Positions 62,301 to 64,000 of a DNA stretch of 64,000 nucleotides are shown in pieces. The notes under the pieces were generated by a model, which made no database searches, was not told the DNA's origin, and worked only from the letters and a program-made list of their open reading frames with translations. Every line of letters starts with the position of its first letter. Position 1 is the first letter of the stretch. Location: NCBI GenBank assembly GCA_020137815.1, contig CM035350.1, forward strand, positions 7,688,001 to 7,752,000, in the 5' to 3' direction. The translations under genes were made by a program, and so were the position numbers. This stretch comes from Hormiphora californensis (Eukaryota; Animalia; Ctenophora).

Positions 62301-63060
62301 GCTCTGAGAGGGGTGGGGGTTGCTATGATATTGTGCTTCTTAGTTCTATCTGGTGGCAACGATCTGAGCGCACTGTAAAGAACGGGGTCGGTGCCACCAG
62401 ACAGGGGTTAGTAATTACAGGGCTCATAATACGGGGGGCAGTGATACATGCTTTCAATCATGGGTGCGTGCTTGTTAAACAGTGCTTGCCCCAGCTACAG
62501 CAGCTTGTATGTAATTGGGTCTTACTGTCGGGAGGAGTCTACTGCCGACCAGGGGGCCATAGGTTTAGCGTGTAGATACAATATTACCGCCGCCTAAATA
62601 TACAACAAGAGAACGGGGTACTGGGTGCCAAATTACTACTAATAATACTACTAGAATGGTATGGGGTCGGTGTGTGCATTCAGTGCATACAAATCGAATT
62701 CTTTGTGCTTTTTAGCAATTCAGTGTTGGGTTCGCTGCCCGAGTCTGCTACAGAATGTCACATTTTAGACAGACTTGCAGAGAATGGACGCAAACTTTTA
62801 TAAATTTTAACTCAGTACAAAAGTCAGTAATTCAGCAATTCAGCAGCAGAAAAAGCGTTCAGCGGATGTTCAGCAGTGAAACTTTATTGGGTAAGACGCA
62901 TTCAATGAGTAGCGGTTAAATAAATAATTCATCTTGCCGCTAGCAGCGATTCAGCAGGTGCTGCAGTGTTCCAGTGTTTCAAACACTCAAATACAGGTGG
63001 TTAGACTTACGTCCTGACACTTGTTTCCGACTCATATGTAGGTTGGGGCTTGTAGTTCAT
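47351..63060 (-). CDS. Type-I ferlin (dysferlin/myoferlin-like), many exons, 5' end probably at or beyond the window edge
   Basis: C2 domains (YQIRFLIHEARQL, TDPYVSVSYSG, FRKWLILTHP), PTFGPCFINFDGAPRE, DysF motifs (LPEGWEITSDW, GWEYAKMF, RRRLWLRSR), IGETKLDLEDRF, GAFNWRFKF and a C-terminal TM KLIIAGILQLVGLVSFSIIYNLP. Confidence 0.9.
53568..53639 (+). pseudogene. tRNA-Glu(CTC)-like degenerate unit
   Basis: A box TGGTGTAGTGG, loop CTCTCAC, B box GGTTCGAATCC; stems pair poorly; T-run downstream. Confidence 0.5.
53930..54000 (+). pseudogene. tRNA-Asp(GTC)-like unit
   Basis: A box TGGTCGAGTGG, anticodon arm CTCGC-CTGTCAA-GCGGG, B box GGTTCGATCCC, T7 run at ~54014; acceptor stem degenerate. Confidence 0.55.
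56972..57945. mobile_element. Kolobok-like foldback MITE (TTAA target) in a ferlin intron
   Basis: TTAA|AGTAAGAGTGGC...GCCACTCTTACT|TTAA; ~310-bp inverted arms, the right arm interrupted by a SINE. Confidence 0.8.
57530..57822 (+). mobile_element. tRNA(Glu-like)-derived SINE
   Basis: A box TGGTGTAGTGG, CTCTCAC loop, B box GGTTCGATCC, (TTGCT)n/T tail, TSD TATTACGTCA (57520-57529, 57823-57832). Confidence 0.8.
58268..58451. repeat. Local copy of an internal segment of the 56972-57945 element
   Basis: Apparently identical to ~57309-57491. Confidence 0.85.
58455..58872. repeat. 23-bp minisatellite (CACCATGACAACATCACATCTGT)n
   Basis: ~17 copies in a ferlin intron. Confidence 0.95.
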
Positions 63061-64000
63061 TTCCAAAACTATTGACGCCTAATATATAAAATTGGTTGTT
63101 TTTTTTGATAAAATAATGTTTCGGATACGATTAAATTCAATGTTGTCGGAAGGATTTTAGCTGATTTTTTTAACGGAGAATTTAGTGTGCTTCTATACGG
63201 TTTCAAGATTTCAGGGACGCTTCCGGTTAGTATTAAATGCAGTGGTAATGATGGTGGTGACCAAGAATAGCTGCAAAGTACAGTCGAACCAAACCAAACC
63301 AAGAATACGCTGGCGATTATAATGACTGTGTCTGTCACTTACAATCGAGGTTTTGGAATGACTTGAAATAAATCAGTAGGACTTTCATATGTAAATTGAA
63401 CCTCAGCAGAACCCTGTAGTGCAGATACAGATAATGAACGTGCCAATTGACACAAGTAGTTTAGAGTTTCATGAAATTGGAAGATAATCGATTTGTATGC
63501 AGTAAAAGATAATTGGTGCTTGTATGCAAGAATCTAATAATAACTACAGTAATCAATGAGAAATTATGATGGTTTTTAGCAAGGTAATTGATTGTCCTAA
63601 ACTACTACAACTGTCCATGTCTTACAAGCGATCTTTTAAATCCGAAATATACGGAGTAGGATGAAGGTTGTATGATAGGAAAATTAATATCGTCGCCTAA
63701 AATAAGTGAAATGGTCAAAAGGAAACTGTTCAAATGATGTTAGGTGAATGTCAACTCTCTTACCCCATTTTCCACACCCTGTGTATCTTTAAGTTTGAGT
63801 TCTCGAGTTTGTATTGGGGTATCTGTCAGGGACTCCGCATGATACTTTGCCTGTCCAATAACCCTGTGGTGGAAATTGTGGGCTATTTGGAGAGTGAGGG
63901 GAAGAGGGTGGGAGTTCAGCTACAAACAAACAAACAAACAAACAAACAAACAAACAAACAGATCTACAAACAAGAGCATACTTTCCACGAGCGTCAGTTC

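Noticed and set aside
63065-63750. AT-rich stretch that might be a foreign or viral fragment
   Set aside because: No sustained ORF or motif could be recognised, so no call can be supported.

Overview
Gene-dense eukaryotic (animal) genomic DNA with short GT-AG introns and strong CTAAC branch points. The repeat content and compact architecture suggest a ctenophore (Pleurobrachia/Hormiphora-like), which is an inference. From left to right: 3' end of a CSPP1-like gene (+); an orphan ORF (+); then a ~22-kb block of nine tightly packed minus-strand genes in transcription order C9orf78/TLS1-like, ADAR2-like, STARD7-like, five intronless KH-only genes (3, 4, 2, 2 and 6 KH domains) and a DDX43-like KH-DEAD-box helicase. 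Almost every gene in the block has a 3' splice acceptor just upstream of its ATG, and spacers are only ~140-850 bp, so it is a candidate trans-spliced operon of RNA-processing/germ-granule genes. Further right: an unknown PTEPKPD-repeat gene, a ~1.6-kb homopolymer artefact, an M14B carboxypeptidase, an L2-like LINE carrying four nested insertions, an AidB-like acyl-CoA dehydrogenase and a type-I ferlin whose introns hold large foldback elements, a tRNA-derived SINE and a MITE with two tRNA-like units. Several minisatellites are built from exon-intron junctions. Scattered 1-2 nt frameshifts in conserved genes are most likely assembly errors.
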